Of a stretch of 64,000 bases of DNA, positions 17,417 to 27,751 are shown piece by piece. This DNA is from Myxococcota bacterium. GTDB taxonomy: Bacteria > Myxococcota_A > UBA9160 > UBA6930. The stretch covers positions 704,001 to 768,000 of the forward strand of contig OZ245015.1 of the NCBI GenBank assembly GCA_965223705.1. The letters run 5' to 3'. The position numbers were made by a program, and so were the translations under genes. The notes beneath the pieces were generated by a model. That model searched no databases, was not told the origin of the DNA, and saw nothing but the letters and a program-made list of their open reading frames with translations. Every line of letters starts with the position of its first letter. Within the stretch, counting starts at the first letter, position 1.

Positions 17417-18451
17417 ATGTTGTTCGACCCGATCGCAGGAAGAATGTCGAGCGATCTAGCGATCGATCTAGGGACCGCGAATACGTTGGTCTACGTTCGC
17501 GGCAAAGGGCTCATTTGTTCAGAGCCTTCGGTTGTCGCCGTCACCGACGATGAATCGGGCCGCCAGAAGGTGCTCGCCGTCGGTCACGAGGCGAAGGAAA
17601 TGCTCGGGCGAACGCCCGGGGGCATCCAGGCGATCCGCCCGATCAAAGACGGTGTGATCGCGGACTTCGAAATTACCGAGGCGATGCTCCGCTACTTCAT
17701 CCAGCGAGCGCACAATCGTCGCAAGCTGGTCCGCCCCCGAATCGTTATCTGCGTGCCGCCGTGTATCACGAGCGTCGAGAAGCGCGCTGTTCGCGAATCG
17801 GCGTTGTCCGCGGGAGCGCGCGAGGTGTTTCTCATCGAAGAGCCCATGGCCGCGGCGATCGGAGCCGGGCTCGACGTGACGGCTCCGACGGGCAACATGG
17901 TCGTCGATATCGGTGGCGGCACCACGGATGTCGCCGTGATCTCGTTGTCGGGAATCGTGACGTCACGATCGATCCGCTGCGGCGGCGACTCGATGGACGA
18001 AGCGATCATCAACTACGTGAAGCGCAAGTACAACATGCTGATCGGCGAACGGACCGCCGAGAACATCAAGATGACCATCGCGACGGCCTCCGCCACGTCG
18101 AAGACCGAGACGATGGAGATCAAAGGCCGCGATCTGGTGGCCGGCATCCCGAAAGTCGTTGTCACGACGAGCGACGAGATTCGAGAATCTCTCGTCGAGC
18201 CGATCAGCGCCATCGTAGAGACCGTGCATCTGGCGCTCGAACGAACGCCGCCCGAGCTCGCCGCCGACATCGTCGATCGCGGGATCATGTTGGTCGGTGG
18301 TGGCTCGCTCCTGCGCGACCTCGATCAGGTGCTGCGCCAAGAGACGAAGCTACCGATCCTGCGCAGCGAGGATCCTTTCACCGCCGTAGTCCACGGTGCC
18401 GGTGTGGCCCTCGATAACCTCGAGCTGCTCCGAGACGTCGCGATCCGCTAG
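17417..18451 (+). CDS. mreB: Actin-like rod shape-determining protein MreB
   Basis: DLAIDLGTANTL, DGVIADF, IEEPMAAAIGAG, DIGGGTT, TPPELAADI; GGAGG RBS before ATG 17417. Confidence 0.97.
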   Translation: MLFDPIAGRMSSDLAIDLGTANTLVYVRGKGLICSEPSVVAVTDDESGRQKVLAVGHEAKEMLGRTPGGIQAIRPIKDGVIADFEITEAMLRYFIQRAHNRRKLVRPRIVICVPPCITSVEKRAVRESALSAGAREVFLIEEPMAAAIGAGLDVTAPTGNMVVDIGGGTTDVAVISLSGIVTSRSIRCGGDSMDEAIINYVKRKYNMLIGERTAENIKMTIATASATSKTETMEIKGRDLVAGIPKVVVTTSDEIRESLVEPISAIVETVHLALERTPPELAADIVDRGIMLVGGGSLLRDLDQVLRQETKLPILRSEDPFTAVVHGAGVALDNLELLRDVAIR

Positions 18452-18469
18452 GCGCTAGCGTTCGCCGAT

Positions 18470-19465
18470 CTATCGGCCGCGCTGAAAGCGGTCGACGGCT
18501 CGCGCGTGCTCGCTGTACGTCTTCGAGAAGACGTGGCTTCCGTCTCCGCGGGACACAAAGAAGAGGAACTCCGAGTCCTCCGGCTCGACGACCGCGCGCA
18601 ACGCGGCGGCGCCCGGGTTCGCGATCGGACCCGGCGGCAGCCCTTTGATCTGGTAGGTGTTGTAGGGGTTCGTGTCGTCGTTTAGATGCGCTCGCGTCAA
18701 GTTCCCGTCGAAGTTCTCGACGCCGTAGATGACCGTCGGATCCGTCTGTAGACGCATTCCCTTGGCGAGACGATTGAGGAACACCGAGGCGATGCGCGGT
18801 CTCTCGTGCGCGACACCGGTTTCTTTTTCGATAATCGAGGCGAGCGTCACGACGTCGTGCATCGAAAGGCCGGCTTTCTCAGACGCGTCTTCGATCGTTC
18901 GCCACGTGGCGAGGAACTGCTCCCCGAACGCCTCGAGGACGGCGCGCGTGCCGAGGCCACGCGCGAGGCGATAGGTCTCGGGGAACAAGTAACCCTCGAA
19001 ACTGTCGCCCTCGAGACCCAGCTCGTTCAGCCAGGTCGTGTTGGCAACGCCTTCGAGGAAGTCGTCGCGATCGGCCAACCCGGCTTCGTCCAGGCGAACG
19101 GCAATTTCGGTCGCGCGCAAGCCTTCGGGGATGCTGACGGTGCGCATGCGCACCCAGCCCTCGGTGAGCCGTTCGAGAATTTGGTGCGCCGATTCGCGCG
19201 GAGATAGCTCGTACTCGCCGGCCCGCAGTTCGCTGCCGAGACCCCGGTAGCGGGCGAGCCATTCAAACGCGAATGCGTCGACGAGCCCGGCGCTTTCGAG
19301 CTGCGCAGCCACTGCGCCGAGGGTGACGCCTTCCGCCACCTCGAAGTCGACCGACGGGCCGTCGGGATCGCGGGGGCCGAGCGCGATCTTGACCCAAAGG
19401 GCTGCAGCCGCTGCGCCGAAGACCGCAACGGTCGAGATGCCCAGTACGAACCAACGCCACTTCAT
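18470..19465 (-). CDS. mltG: Endolytic transglycosylase MltG
   Basis: N-terminal TM, IPEG, EGYLFPETY, LASIIEKET, LQTDPTV, YNTY...GLPPGPIANPG; start overlaps the ruvX stop. Confidence 0.95.
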   Translation of the reverse strand: MKWRWFVLGISTVAVFGAAAAALWVKIALGPRDPDGPSVDFEVAEGVTLGAVAAQLESAGLVDAFAFEWLARYRGLGSELRAGEYELSPRESAHQILERLTEGWVRMRTVSIPEGLRATEIAVRLDEAGLADRDDFLEGVANTTWLNELGLEGDSFEGYLFPETYRLARGLGTRAVLEAFGEQFLATWRTIEDASEKAGLSMHDVVTLASIIEKETGVAHERPRIASVFLNRLAKGMRLQTDPTVIYGVENFDGNLTRAHLNDDTNPYNTYQIKGLPPGPIANPGAAALRAVVEPEDSEFLFFVSRGDGSHVFSKTYSEHARAVDRFQRGR

Positions 19466-19890
19466 CGCTGATGACGCTCGAGCCAGGTGCGCAGGATGAG
19501 CGCCGCCGCCGCTTCGTCGAGTTGACCGCGGGCCCGGCGACGCTGTCTGCGCGAGCGCTTCGGTTGTAGCGAATCGAGATCCCGCGCGGCTTGTTGCGAC
19601 GTCATGCGCTCGTCGACGGTGTCGACGGTCAACGAGGTCGCGTTCCGAAGCGCCTCGGCGAAGGCGAGCGCCGCTTCGGCTTCGGGGCCTTTTCGGCCGT
19701 CCATATGAAGGGGTAAGCCGATCACGATGTGCTCGATTTCGCGTTCTCGTACCCAAACCGAAAGAGCCCCGAGGTCGGCGCGCAAGTTCTTTCGCTCGAG
19801 GTGTCCCGCCGGCAGTGCGAGTACACCGTCCGGATCCGATACTGCGAGGCCGATTCTCCGAGCGCCATAATCGATCCCCAGCACGCGCAT
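19462..19890 (-). CDS. ruvX: Holliday-junction-resolvase-like/pre-16S rRNA nuclease YqgF
   Basis: LGIDYGARRIGLAVSD, IGLP, VDERMTS and D..AAALIL motifs. Confidence 0.95.
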   Translation of the reverse strand: MRVLGIDYGARRIGLAVSDPDGVLALPAGHLERKNLRADLGALSVWVREREIEHIVIGLPLHMDGRKGPEAEAALAFAEALRNATSLTVDTVDERMTSQQAARDLDSLQPKRSRRQRRRARGQLDEAAAALILRTWLERHQR

Positions 19891-19900
19891 GGGTGTTGAC

Positions 19901-22141
19901 TCAGCGAGATTCTTCCGCGGAGGACGCGTCTTCTTTCAACCACGCCTCGCGTCGACTGAGTGCGAGCTCCGCGGCCCGCTTGAGCTGTGCGTCTCGACTT
20001 TCACCGACCCGCGACAACGCGGCCGCGGCGTCGTCTCCGGGGATCTTGGCCAAAGCGCCGATCGCCGTGAGCTTGAGCTCCCGCAACTTGCGGCGGCCGA
20101 AGCGTTTCTTTCTTTGCAGGAGCTCCGCCAAGATCGGCGCGCACTCGGGCTGGCCCTGTTTGCCGAGCGCAAAAATCACTTCTTTCGCGCTCTCGTTGTC
20201 GTCTTCCGCAAGGCAAGAAGCGAGGGCTTGCGCCAAGGTCTCGCGCACTCCGGGGCCCTGGCAGCGGCCGAGCGCCACCGCGGCTTGGCGTCGCAGCTCG
20301 TCGCGTCCGTGAAGCAGGGCTCCGCGCAAGGCGTTGACAGCTTCGGCGTCGTCGCGGTTTGCGAGCGCACCCGCCGCTTCTTCGCGGATCGCGCCCTGTT
20401 CGTGGTTCAGCAATTTCGCGAGGGGCCCAACCGGAGCGGGTAAGTTGAACTCTCGCAGCAACCGAGCCGTAGAGAGCAGCGACGCCGGGTCGGAGTTCAT
20501 GAGCTGGGCCAAGACCGCATCGCGCGCGGGCTCACCCAAGCTCGCAAAGAGCTTCGCGCCGGCTTGCCGGCGATCTTCGTCGCGCTCTTTGACGAGGTCC
20601 CGAAGGAGGACGGGCGCCGTACGCTCCGGGAGGGCCTGCAGGATCTTCGCCGCTGGGCCTTCCGAGTCGCCGTCCTCGAGACTCCGTTCGAGCCAGTTCT
20701 CGAGTCCTCCGTCGTGCGCGAGAGAATTGAGGCCCCGCAGTGCGTGTTCGCCGCGCGGCGTACCGTCGAACTCCTCTGCGTGGCCGGCGAGGAGCAGCGC
20801 GAGGTCGAAGGACACTTCTGAACGATCCGTCGGGAGCGCGTACAACACGGCTTCGAGGGTAGGCTCGTAGGCGGTCTCGTCGGCCGCTCCCAGCTGGACA
20901 AGCAATTCGTCGTAGTCGGTGGTGTTCTCGCCGAGAGGTGCGTCTCTCGGCGCGGGCGGTTCCGCGACCACCGGCGCCGACGGCGCGACCGTTCCGTCGT
21001 CGGTTTCCAGCTGCGGCAGAGCGGACGCTTCGCCGTCGTCACGCTCGTCGATCTCGAGTTGCGGTAGCTCCGTATCGTCGGAGAAATCGGCGACTGTCTG
21101 TGCGTTCGCGTCGAGCTCGCTCCCGGTATCGAGGTCGGTGATTTCCGCACCTTCGTCGGTTTCGAGAACGTCGGCGTCGGTTTCGCCGGGATCGAGCGGC
21201 TGCGTGTCTCCCGCCGCGAGCGGCTGCGTGTCGCTCGCCCGGTTCGTCGAGGTCTCGGAGGTCGGCGGGAGCGCGCGCGCGAAACGTTCGCTCGTCAGAT
21301 CGGAGAGTGTGTCGAAGAGGCTCGACATCTCGCTGTCCGCGAGGGGAATCGGTGCCGGCCGGTACGGGTTCGTGTGTCGCTCCGGAGGAGCTGCGTCGGA
21401 CACGGGCTCGTCGAGCTCCATGGGGCTCGGTTCCGGCGTTGCATTCGTCAAGATCGAATCGTCTTCCGCCACGGGTTCGGACTCGATGGAATCAGTTTCC
21501 GCCACGGAACCGGTTCCGGCGACGGTGTTGTACCCGGCGGAATCGGCTTCCCCGATGGTGTCGTACCCGGCGGAATCGGCTTCCCCGATGGTGTCATCCG
21601 CGACGTCGGGAAGCGGGATGAGCTGGTCGAGGGCGCGAAGCGAAGGCTGCTCCTCGGGCTTTTCCTCTTCGACCACGTCGCGCAATGGCGGGGGCGCGGA
21701 GGGCGCGACACCGTTGATCAGCAGGCCGCTCGGCGCCCGCCGGTAGACCGACCAGGCAAAGCCACCTTCGCGCTCGATATCTTCGTTTCTCATCACGAGC
21801 GCTTCGAAGAACGCCGCGAAGGCATCGGCCTCGAGGTCGCTCGAAAAACGCAGTTCGCAGGCTCCCCGGTCCAGCAGGGCGTTGTGGAACTTCCCGAGTT
21901 CGCGTTGCATCGCCGGCGGCTCGCCACAGCCGGTGTGCATGCCGTCGGCGTCGATCGCAACGGACAGGTCACCGTGGCGATCCAGATCCGCTCGCCACAG
22001 TTTGAAGGCGCGGTCGAACATGGAAACCAGGCGCCGATCACCGGGGCCATAGTGGGCCCGCGCACGATGTACGCGCGCCGCTTCGAGTAGTAGAGCCGAG
22101 GTGTCCGAAGACACCCGGTTGGCACGGGACATTTCCGTCAT
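19901..22141 (-). CDS. HEAT-repeat protein with long acidic disordered linker
   Basis: C-terminal HEAT/PBS-like repeats (IREEAAGALA, LRRQAAVALG, IFALG, IGALA); Asp/Glu/Thr-rich low-complexity middle; globular N-terminal domain. Confidence 0.75.
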   Translation of the reverse strand: MTEMSRANRVSSDTSALLLEAARVHRARAHYGPGDRRLVSMFDRAFKLWRADLDRHGDLSVAIDADGMHTGCGEPPAMQRELGKFHNALLDRGACELRFSSDLEADAFAAFFEALVMRNEDIEREGGFAWSVYRRAPSGLLINGVAPSAPPPLRDVVEEEKPEEQPSLRALDQLIPLPDVADDTIGEADSAGYDTIGEADSAGYNTVAGTGSVAETDSIESEPVAEDDSILTNATPEPSPMELDEPVSDAAPPERHTNPYRPAPIPLADSEMSSLFDTLSDLTSERFARALPPTSETSTNRASDTQPLAAGDTQPLDPGETDADVLETDEGAEITDLDTGSELDANAQTVADFSDDTELPQLEIDERDDGEASALPQLETDDGTVAPSAPVVAEPPAPRDAPLGENTTDYDELLVQLGAADETAYEPTLEAVLYALPTDRSEVSFDLALLLAGHAEEFDGTPRGEHALRGLNSLAHDGGLENWLERSLEDGDSEGPAAKILQALPERTAPVLLRDLVKERDEDRRQAGAKLFASLGEPARDAVLAQLMNSDPASLLSTARLLREFNLPAPVGPLAKLLNHEQGAIREEAAGALANRDDAEAVNALRGALLHGRDELRRQAAVALGRCQGPGVRETLAQALASCLAEDDNESAKEVIFALGKQGQPECAPILAELLQRKKRFGRRKLRELKLTAIGALAKIPGDDAAAALSRVGESRDAQLKRAAELALSRREAWLKEDASSAEESR
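21530..21595. repeat. Perfect 33-bp tandem duplication (in-frame DTIGEADSAGY x2)
   Basis: GTACCCGGCGGAATCGGCTTCCCCGATGGTGTC at 21530-21562 and 21563-21595. Confidence 0.95.
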
Positions 22142-22321
22142 TCGGATTTCCGAGACGTTCCTTCGGAGTTATACCGACTCATCGTCCCGTTTCCCGGGCC
22201 GCTTGACCGGGCACCGAGACGCGGTGCTTTTCCCCGTCGGTGACCCGCGATAAATTCTTCATGAGAGAGCCCCCCCGGTCTCTCAGCATCGGACGGCCTC
22301 ATCCCAGTCGGCCTGAAGCGG

Positions 22322-22900
22322 TTGCACACACCGCTCTCGGGCGGCGAGGGTATCGTTTCAGAATCCACACTCACAGAGCGGGCCGCGGTGATCCTCGCCA
22401 CTTGGGGGGGTGTAGGATTTTTGCCGCGCGCGCCCGGTACCTGGGCTTCGTTGTGTGCGGTCGGCATTTTCGTGTTATTTTCGCCGTCGAGGGTTTGGGG
22501 TTGGCTCATCGCGTGCACCGCTGCCAGCGCGCTCGGTGTCTGGGCTTCCGCAATCGCCGAACGGGTGTTCGAACGCGCCGACGACGGCCGCATTGTAATC
22601 GACGAGATCGCGGGTCAATGGATCGCCTTGTTGCCCTTGGCGGCTCTGGCCACACCTCCCTTGGGAGAGGGGGCCGCGATGCGGGAGGGCGTTTTTTGGG
22701 GAGGGGCTGTGACCGCATTCGTCGCTTTCCGGTGCTTTGATATCTGGAAGCCGGGCCCGATTCGGCGCGCCGACAGTGGCGCCTGGGTCGGAAAACGCGG
22801 CGGAGTGTCGGTCATGCTCGACGATGTTTTGGCTGGTGTTGCGGCGGCCTTGGTTGTCACGGCATACCTGGGACTGGCGGGCGCACTGGGGACGATGTGA
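22322..22900 (+). CDS. pgpA: Phosphatidylglycerophosphatase A
   Basis: PRAPGTWAS, IVIDEIAG, FRCFDIWKPGPI and MLDDVLAG motifs. Start uncertain. Confidence 0.92.
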   Translation: MHTPLSGGEGIVSESTLTERAAVILATWGGVGFLPRAPGTWASLCAVGIFVLFSPSRVWGWLIACTAASALGVWASAIAERVFERADDGRIVIDEIAGQWIALLPLAALATPPLGEGAAMREGVFWGGAVTAFVAFRCFDIWKPGPIRRADSGAWVGKRGGVSVMLDDVLAGVAAALVVTAYLGLAGALGTM

Positions 22901-24186
22901 TGAAAGCGGAAGTGCTGACCATCGGCGACGAACTCCTCCGCGGTGAGATCGTCGATTCGAACAAGAGCTTTTTGTCCGATCGTCTGCTGCAGCTCGACAT
23001 CGAGACCCGCTTCCACACTACTGTCGCCGACGACCGGGAGGATATCGAGCGCGCCTTTCGACAGGCCGCAGAACGCTCCGACGTCGTCCTTGTTTCGGGC
23101 GGCTTAGGGCCCACCCGCGACGACATCACCGTCGCGGTTCTAGCGGAGACCTTCGGGCTCGAGCTCGTCCTCGACGAGGCAGCCCTCGCCGAACTCGAGG
23201 CGTTTTTCGAGCGGCTGGGGCGCAAAATGGCCGAGCTCAACCGCAAACAAGTGTATTTCCCCGAAGGCGCCGAGATCCTCGCGAATCCGATCGGCACGGC
23301 TCCGGGCTGCATGGTCGAGCAGGGTCGAGCTCTGATTTTCTGCATGCCCGGCGTCCCCCGAGAGCTCTACCGCATGATGGACGAGCAAGTCCTCCCCCGC
23401 ATCGCCTCGCGGATGTCCCAAGGCATGGTCGTCCGCGCTCGTCTGCTGCGAACGTTCGGCATCGGAGAATCGAACCTCGACGAAGAGCTCGGCGACATCG
23501 CGCGCGACGATCCGAACGTGAGCCTCGGGTTTCGGACCTCGTTTCCCGACAATTACTTGCGCCCCGTCGTGCGCGCACCGAACGAGGCCGAGGCCGAGGC
23601 CAAGCTCTCGGCTGTTTGTGAGGCGATCCGGTCGCGCCTGGGCTTTTTGGTCTACGGGGAGGGGGAAACCTCTCTTCCCGAGGTCGTTGGCGAAGGGCTC
23701 GTCGAGGCCGGCAAAACCCTGGCGACGGCCGAATCGTGTACCGGCGGTCTCATCGCTCAGCGGATTACCGACATCCCGGGATCCTCTCGCTACTTCCTCG
23801 GCGGCGTGGCCGCTTATGCGAATGAGGCGAAGCGCGAGCTCCTCGGAGTGGACGAACTGCTTTTGAAAGAACACGGAGCGGTCTCCGAGCCCGTCGCTCG
23901 GGCGATGGCCGAAGGCGCCCGCGCGCGGTTCGGCGCGGATATCGCCGTGTCGACTACCGGAATCTCCGGGCCCGGCGGAGGCAGCGAGGAAAAGCCCGTC
24001 GGCTTGGTATGGATGGCGCTTGCCGACGCTTCGGGCACTGAATCTCACGACTACGTCATACGGCTCGATCGGAGCCGCCACCGGGAACTCACGGCGCAGC
24101 TGGCGCTCGATTGGGTGCGCCGTCGGTTGATGGGTGTGCCGCGAGCGGCGCCGCGTTTTCTGGCGCGACCGGGTTCTTCGACATGA
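22900..24186 (+). CDS. cinA: Competence/damage-inducible protein CinA (MoCF domain plus NMN deamidase)
   Basis: IGDELLRG, SGGLGPTRDD, GTAPG, AESCTGG, HGAVS, TGISGPGGG. Confidence 0.95.
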   Translation: MKAEVLTIGDELLRGEIVDSNKSFLSDRLLQLDIETRFHTTVADDREDIERAFRQAAERSDVVLVSGGLGPTRDDITVAVLAETFGLELVLDEAALAELEAFFERLGRKMAELNRKQVYFPEGAEILANPIGTAPGCMVEQGRALIFCMPGVPRELYRMMDEQVLPRIASRMSQGMVVRARLLRTFGIGESNLDEELGDIARDDPNVSLGFRTSFPDNYLRPVVRAPNEAEAEAKLSAVCEAIRSRLGFLVYGEGETSLPEVVGEGLVEAGKTLATAESCTGGLIAQRITDIPGSSRYFLGGVAAYANEAKRELLGVDELLLKEHGAVSEPVARAMAEGARARFGADIAVSTTGISGPGGGSEEKPVGLVWMALADASGTESHDYVIRLDRSRHRELTAQLALDWVRRRLMGVPRAAPRFLARPGSST

Positions 24187-24830
24187 GTATCCACAAGGGT
24201 GTGTCCTCGCCGCTGCGCGCATTCGTCGGGGTTTCGGTCCCGGCCTCGGTTCGTCGCGAGCTCGCCGCGCGGGTGGCCGGCTTGCGGCGTGCGTCCGAGG
24301 GCAGCTCCGATCAACGCGGGTGGGTTCGCACGGCGAACTATCACGTGACGTTGCGTTTTCTCGGCAACGTGGCGCGAGATGACGTCGCTGAAATCGAGCG
24401 CCGTCTCGAGGCGGCGCTTGCGGAGCATCCACCGTTTCTCGTCGAAACCGGCGAAATGTTCTGGCTGCGCGCTCATCGCAACCGCTCGGTCTTGGCTCTG
24501 TCGCTCCTGCCCGAAGGTTCGCTGCAAGAACTCGCCTCTCGCGTTGCGACGGCGTTTTCCGCAAACCGCGGGGACGATCGTCCTTTTGTTCCGCACTTGA
24601 CCCTGGCGCGGCTCCCGCGAGCTGTGCGCCGGACGCTTCGCATGGGCGCGCTCAGCTCCGACTCGATGTCGTGCTCTTGGGAAGTACGCGAAGTGACACT
24701 GTTCGAAAGCCGACAGACGGCGAAGGGTGTTTCCTACGAAACGCTTGCTTCGATACCGCTAAGCGTCCCGAACCTCACACCCCGCATTGTCCACCAAGGA
24801 GAACCATATGGCCCGCAACGATTCCAGTGA
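24183..24830 (+). CDS. thpR: RNA 2',3'-cyclic phosphodiesterase (2H family)
   Basis: Two HxT motifs ([16 protein letters not shown]); conserved cinA-thpR-recA order. Confidence 0.9.
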   Translation: MSIHKGVSSPLRAFVGVSVPASVRRELAARVAGLRRASEGSSDQRGWVRTANYHVTLRFLGNVARDDVAEIERRLEAALAEHPPFLVETGEMFWLRAHRNRSVLALSLLPEGSLQELASRVATAFSANRGDDRPFVPHLTLARLPRAVRRTLRMGALSSDSMSCSWEVREVTLFESRQTAKGVSYETLASIPLSVPNLTPRIVHQGEPYGPQRFQ

Positions 24831-25914
24831 CCGCAAGTCTGCAAGTGTGTCCGATATCAAACCAGGCGGTGCACGCGACAAAGCGATCGCACTGGCCCTT
24901 TCAACCATCGAAAAGCAATTCGGTAAAGGCGCCATCCTCACGATGAACGAGGATGCGGTCGACCCCGAAGCCGAAGCTTTCTCAAGTGGTTCGCCGAGCC
25001 TCGATTTCGCGCTCGGCATCGGCGGGTATCCGCGCGGTCGGGTGATCGAGATCTTCGGCCCGGAGTCGAGCGGCAAGACGACGCTCACGCTCCACGCGGT
25101 GGCCGAAGTGCAACGAACCGGTGGTGTCGCGGCGTTTATCGACGCAGAGCACGCGCTCGATGTGCACTATGCGCGCCGACTCGGGGTGAACGTCGAAGAT
25201 CTCCTCGTGTCGCAACCCGACACCGGTGAGCAGGCGCTCGAAATCGCCGACGTGCTCTTGCGGTCCGGCGCTGTCGATCTCGTGGTCATCGACTCGGTGG
25301 CCGCGCTGGTGCCTCGGGCGGAAATCGAAGGCGAAATGGGTGATACCCACGTCGGCCTTCAGGCGCGCCTGATGAGTCAAGCACTTCGGAAGCTCACCGG
25401 GACCGTCTCGAAATCGAACGCAACCGTCATGTTCATCAACCAGATCCGCATGAAGATCGGCGTGATGTTCGGAAACCCCGAGACAACGAGCGGCGGAAAC
25501 GCACTGAAATTCTACTCGTCGGTGCGCCTCGACGTGCGACGCATCGCCGCTTTGAAAGACGGCGACGAAGTGGTGGGCAACCGCACACGGGTCAAAGTCG
25601 TCAAGAACAAAGTCGCTCCTCCCTTCCGCCAAGCGGAGTTCGACATTTTGTACAACCAGGGAATTTCCCTCGAAGGGGATCTCATCGATCTAGGTGTGGA
25701 CGCGGGCCAGATCGAAAAGAGCGGCTCGTGGTACTCCTATGATGGGGAGCGCATCGGTCAAGGTCGCGAGAACGCGCGGCGCTTCTTGCGGGAGAACGTC
25801 GATATTCGCGAACGCATCGCTGAGGCGGTGTATCTGGCCAAGGGCCTGAAGCGGAGAGTGCGCGCTCGGGAGGAGGAACAAGAGCCGGCGGAGGCCGAAG
25901 CGAAGGAGGCCTAG
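24808..25914 (+). CDS. recA: Recombinase RecA
   Basis: [45 protein letters not shown] before ATG 24808. Confidence 0.99.
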   Translation: MARNDSSDRKSASVSDIKPGGARDKAIALALSTIEKQFGKGAILTMNEDAVDPEAEAFSSGSPSLDFALGIGGYPRGRVIEIFGPESSGKTTLTLHAVAEVQRTGGVAAFIDAEHALDVHYARRLGVNVEDLLVSQPDTGEQALEIADVLLRSGAVDLVVIDSVAALVPRAEIEGEMGDTHVGLQARLMSQALRKLTGTVSKSNATVMFINQIRMKIGVMFGNPETTSGGNALKFYSSVRLDVRRIAALKDGDEVVGNRTRVKVVKNKVAPPFRQAEFDILYNQGISLEGDLIDLGVDAGQIEKSGSWYSYDGERIGQGRENARRFLRENVDIRERIAEAVYLAKGLKRRVRAREEEQEPAEAEAKEA

Positions 25915-27518
25915 TCGACGAGCGCGGGCAGTCGGTGCAGGCCGAGTGTGGAAACCCCGATCACGCGAAGCGGCGTTTCCATCGGGAAGGGCGGAGCATC
26001 GAGGATCTCGGTACGGCCCGTTTCGGTTGGCACCTCAAGTCTCGCCGCCCGGCCCGGCCCCAAGACCAGGCGGAACGCGGCTTTGGGGTCGAGCTTCGAG
26101 CGCTCGAGTGCGGTCTGCAGCGTCTCCGCGTAGTCTGGAAAACCGGCGCGCAGTTGCGACGCGGGGATGTCGCGGCTCGTTTGACAGGTACTGGGCCCCG
26201 CCGCCGTGGCGAGGGACTCCCACGTCCCCGCGCGGAGGTCGATGCTCACCAGCTGACAGCCGCCGTCGACATAGCGGAGGTCCACGGCCCGGTCCCCGCG
26301 CTGCGTCAGAGCGAATTCAGGGCGTCCGAAGCGCCCGGTGCGTCCACAGGCTTCGCCGGGAAGACGCGCTTCCACCGTTGCGCCGCCCGGGCGGGTCACG
26401 CGCAGGACGGTGGTCGGAAGACCGGTGTTCGGGTCGACCCGTTGGTGTCGGGTGAAGGTCCGGTCGCGCCAGCGAAGTGCGGCGCGGTCGTGTCGGTCCT
26501 CGTCGCCGGCGACCACGGGGTCGATCCGCGTCGCCGCGTTCGCAGGGGCGGCGGGGTCGACGGGCTTCGGAGTAGCCGTCCAGCGCACTCCCTGTGGCGT
26601 GGGGCTCGGCGGTCGTGAGGCCGGCAGTGCAGCGGAGTCTCGCGCGGTGCGGTCAAACAACACGCGGGCGAAGCGACCCATGCCCGGTGGAGTCCGAGAC
26701 GTGCTCGGGCGGTCTGGATCGCGCCACTGAAGGCTTTCTTCGAGCCAGGCGAGTTCTCCGTCGGAGATCCAGGCCAGCCGACCCACTTCGGGCCGCAGGC
26801 GGACCGGCGCCGCATGGGCGATGACCGGGGGGCCATGTTCTCCCAGCTCGAGGATCTGGAGACGGAGCGTCGTCGTCGCATCCCTCTGGCGCGTCACCAT
26901 ACGAGCGAGGTGAACGCCGTCGGGCGCAAGCGCTGCGTCGAGGACGGGGCCCCGACAATTCATCCCGAAACCGAAGGGACGCTTGGCCGCTATCGATCCC
27001 GAATCGCGCGGTTCATCCCGAGCGATCGCGACCTCCTGCAACGCGTTCCAGGCCTTCCAGAAGCCGGGCGCCTCGCGGGGCGCCGCCGGGACCGGTCGAC
27101 AAGAGTCGCGGCGAGCTTCGGCGGTTACGCCGTCGCGTAGCACCACTCGGACAGAGCCGTCATCGAGGGCCGCTGCGCGGTCGGCGCACGAGAAACCGTC
27201 TCGGATCACGCCGACGACCGCGCTCCTCGCTTCAAACCAGGGCCAGGCGGAGAATCCATCCTTGTGGAGATTTCCGAAGCGAAAGCGGCCGTTCTCGTCG
27301 GTCGTGGCTTCACGGTGACCCAGAAGATCCCATTCTCCGAGGATCTCGTCGTAGCTCCCGTCGAATCGGACGACCACGTGAGCTCCGGCTATGGGTTCGC
27401 CACGGGTGTCGACGACCGCGCCGTGAAGTCCGGGCGCACGCTTGAGGGGTAGGGGGATGCACCCGGTTGCTCCTGCGAGCAAGCCGGTTGCGAGGATCGC
27501 GGCGGCCCAGACGCGCAT
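25911..27518 (-). CDS. Hypothetical lipoprotein with N-terminal carboxypeptidase-regulatory-like beta-sandwich
   Basis: Signal with lipobox-like ATG-C, followed by [14 protein letters not shown]...[10 protein letters not shown] pattern; several Cys. Confidence 0.65.
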   Translation of the reverse strand: MRVWAAAILATGLLAGATGCIPLPLKRAPGLHGAVVDTRGEPIAGAHVVVRFDGSYDEILGEWDLLGHREATTDENGRFRFGNLHKDGFSAWPWFEARSAVVGVIRDGFSCADRAAALDDGSVRVVLRDGVTAEARRDSCRPVPAAPREAPGFWKAWNALQEVAIARDEPRDSGSIAAKRPFGFGMNCRGPVLDAALAPDGVHLARMVTRQRDATTTLRLQILELGEHGPPVIAHAAPVRLRPEVGRLAWISDGELAWLEESLQWRDPDRPSTSRTPPGMGRFARVLFDRTARDSAALPASRPPSPTPQGVRWTATPKPVDPAAPANAATRIDPVVAGDEDRHDRAALRWRDRTFTRHQRVDPNTGLPTTVLRVTRPGGATVEARLPGEACGRTGRFGRPEFALTQRGDRAVDLRYVDGGCQLVSIDLRAGTWESLATAAGPSTCQTSRDIPASQLRAGFPDYAETLQTALERSKLDPKAAFRLVLGPGRAARLEVPTETGRTEILDAPPFPMETPLRVIGVSTLGLHRLPALVD

Positions 27519-27751
27519 GGGTTCGGGATCGGCGGTCGATCCTTCCAACTTGAGATGCGTTTCCCCGAGGGTTCACGAGGATTTCTGGATTCCGATGCCT
27601 ACGGGCTGCAGCTCGGCGAACCGCTCGGCCCGCCCGCCGTAGGCCAGTGCCATCTCAAGGCAAATGAGCCGCATGTCGAAAGGAATTCCTGGAGTCAACT
27701 CGATTCAACATGGACCCGCGGGTGCGGGGTTCCGGAGACCTTTGAATGCCG

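Noticed and set aside
21530..21595. 33-bp repeat as a CRISPR array
   Set aside because: Two abutting copies with no spacer, in frame within a CDS, and no cas genes.
24808..25914. Inteins in RecA (or DnaB)
   Set aside because: Both have normal lengths and uninterrupted motifs.
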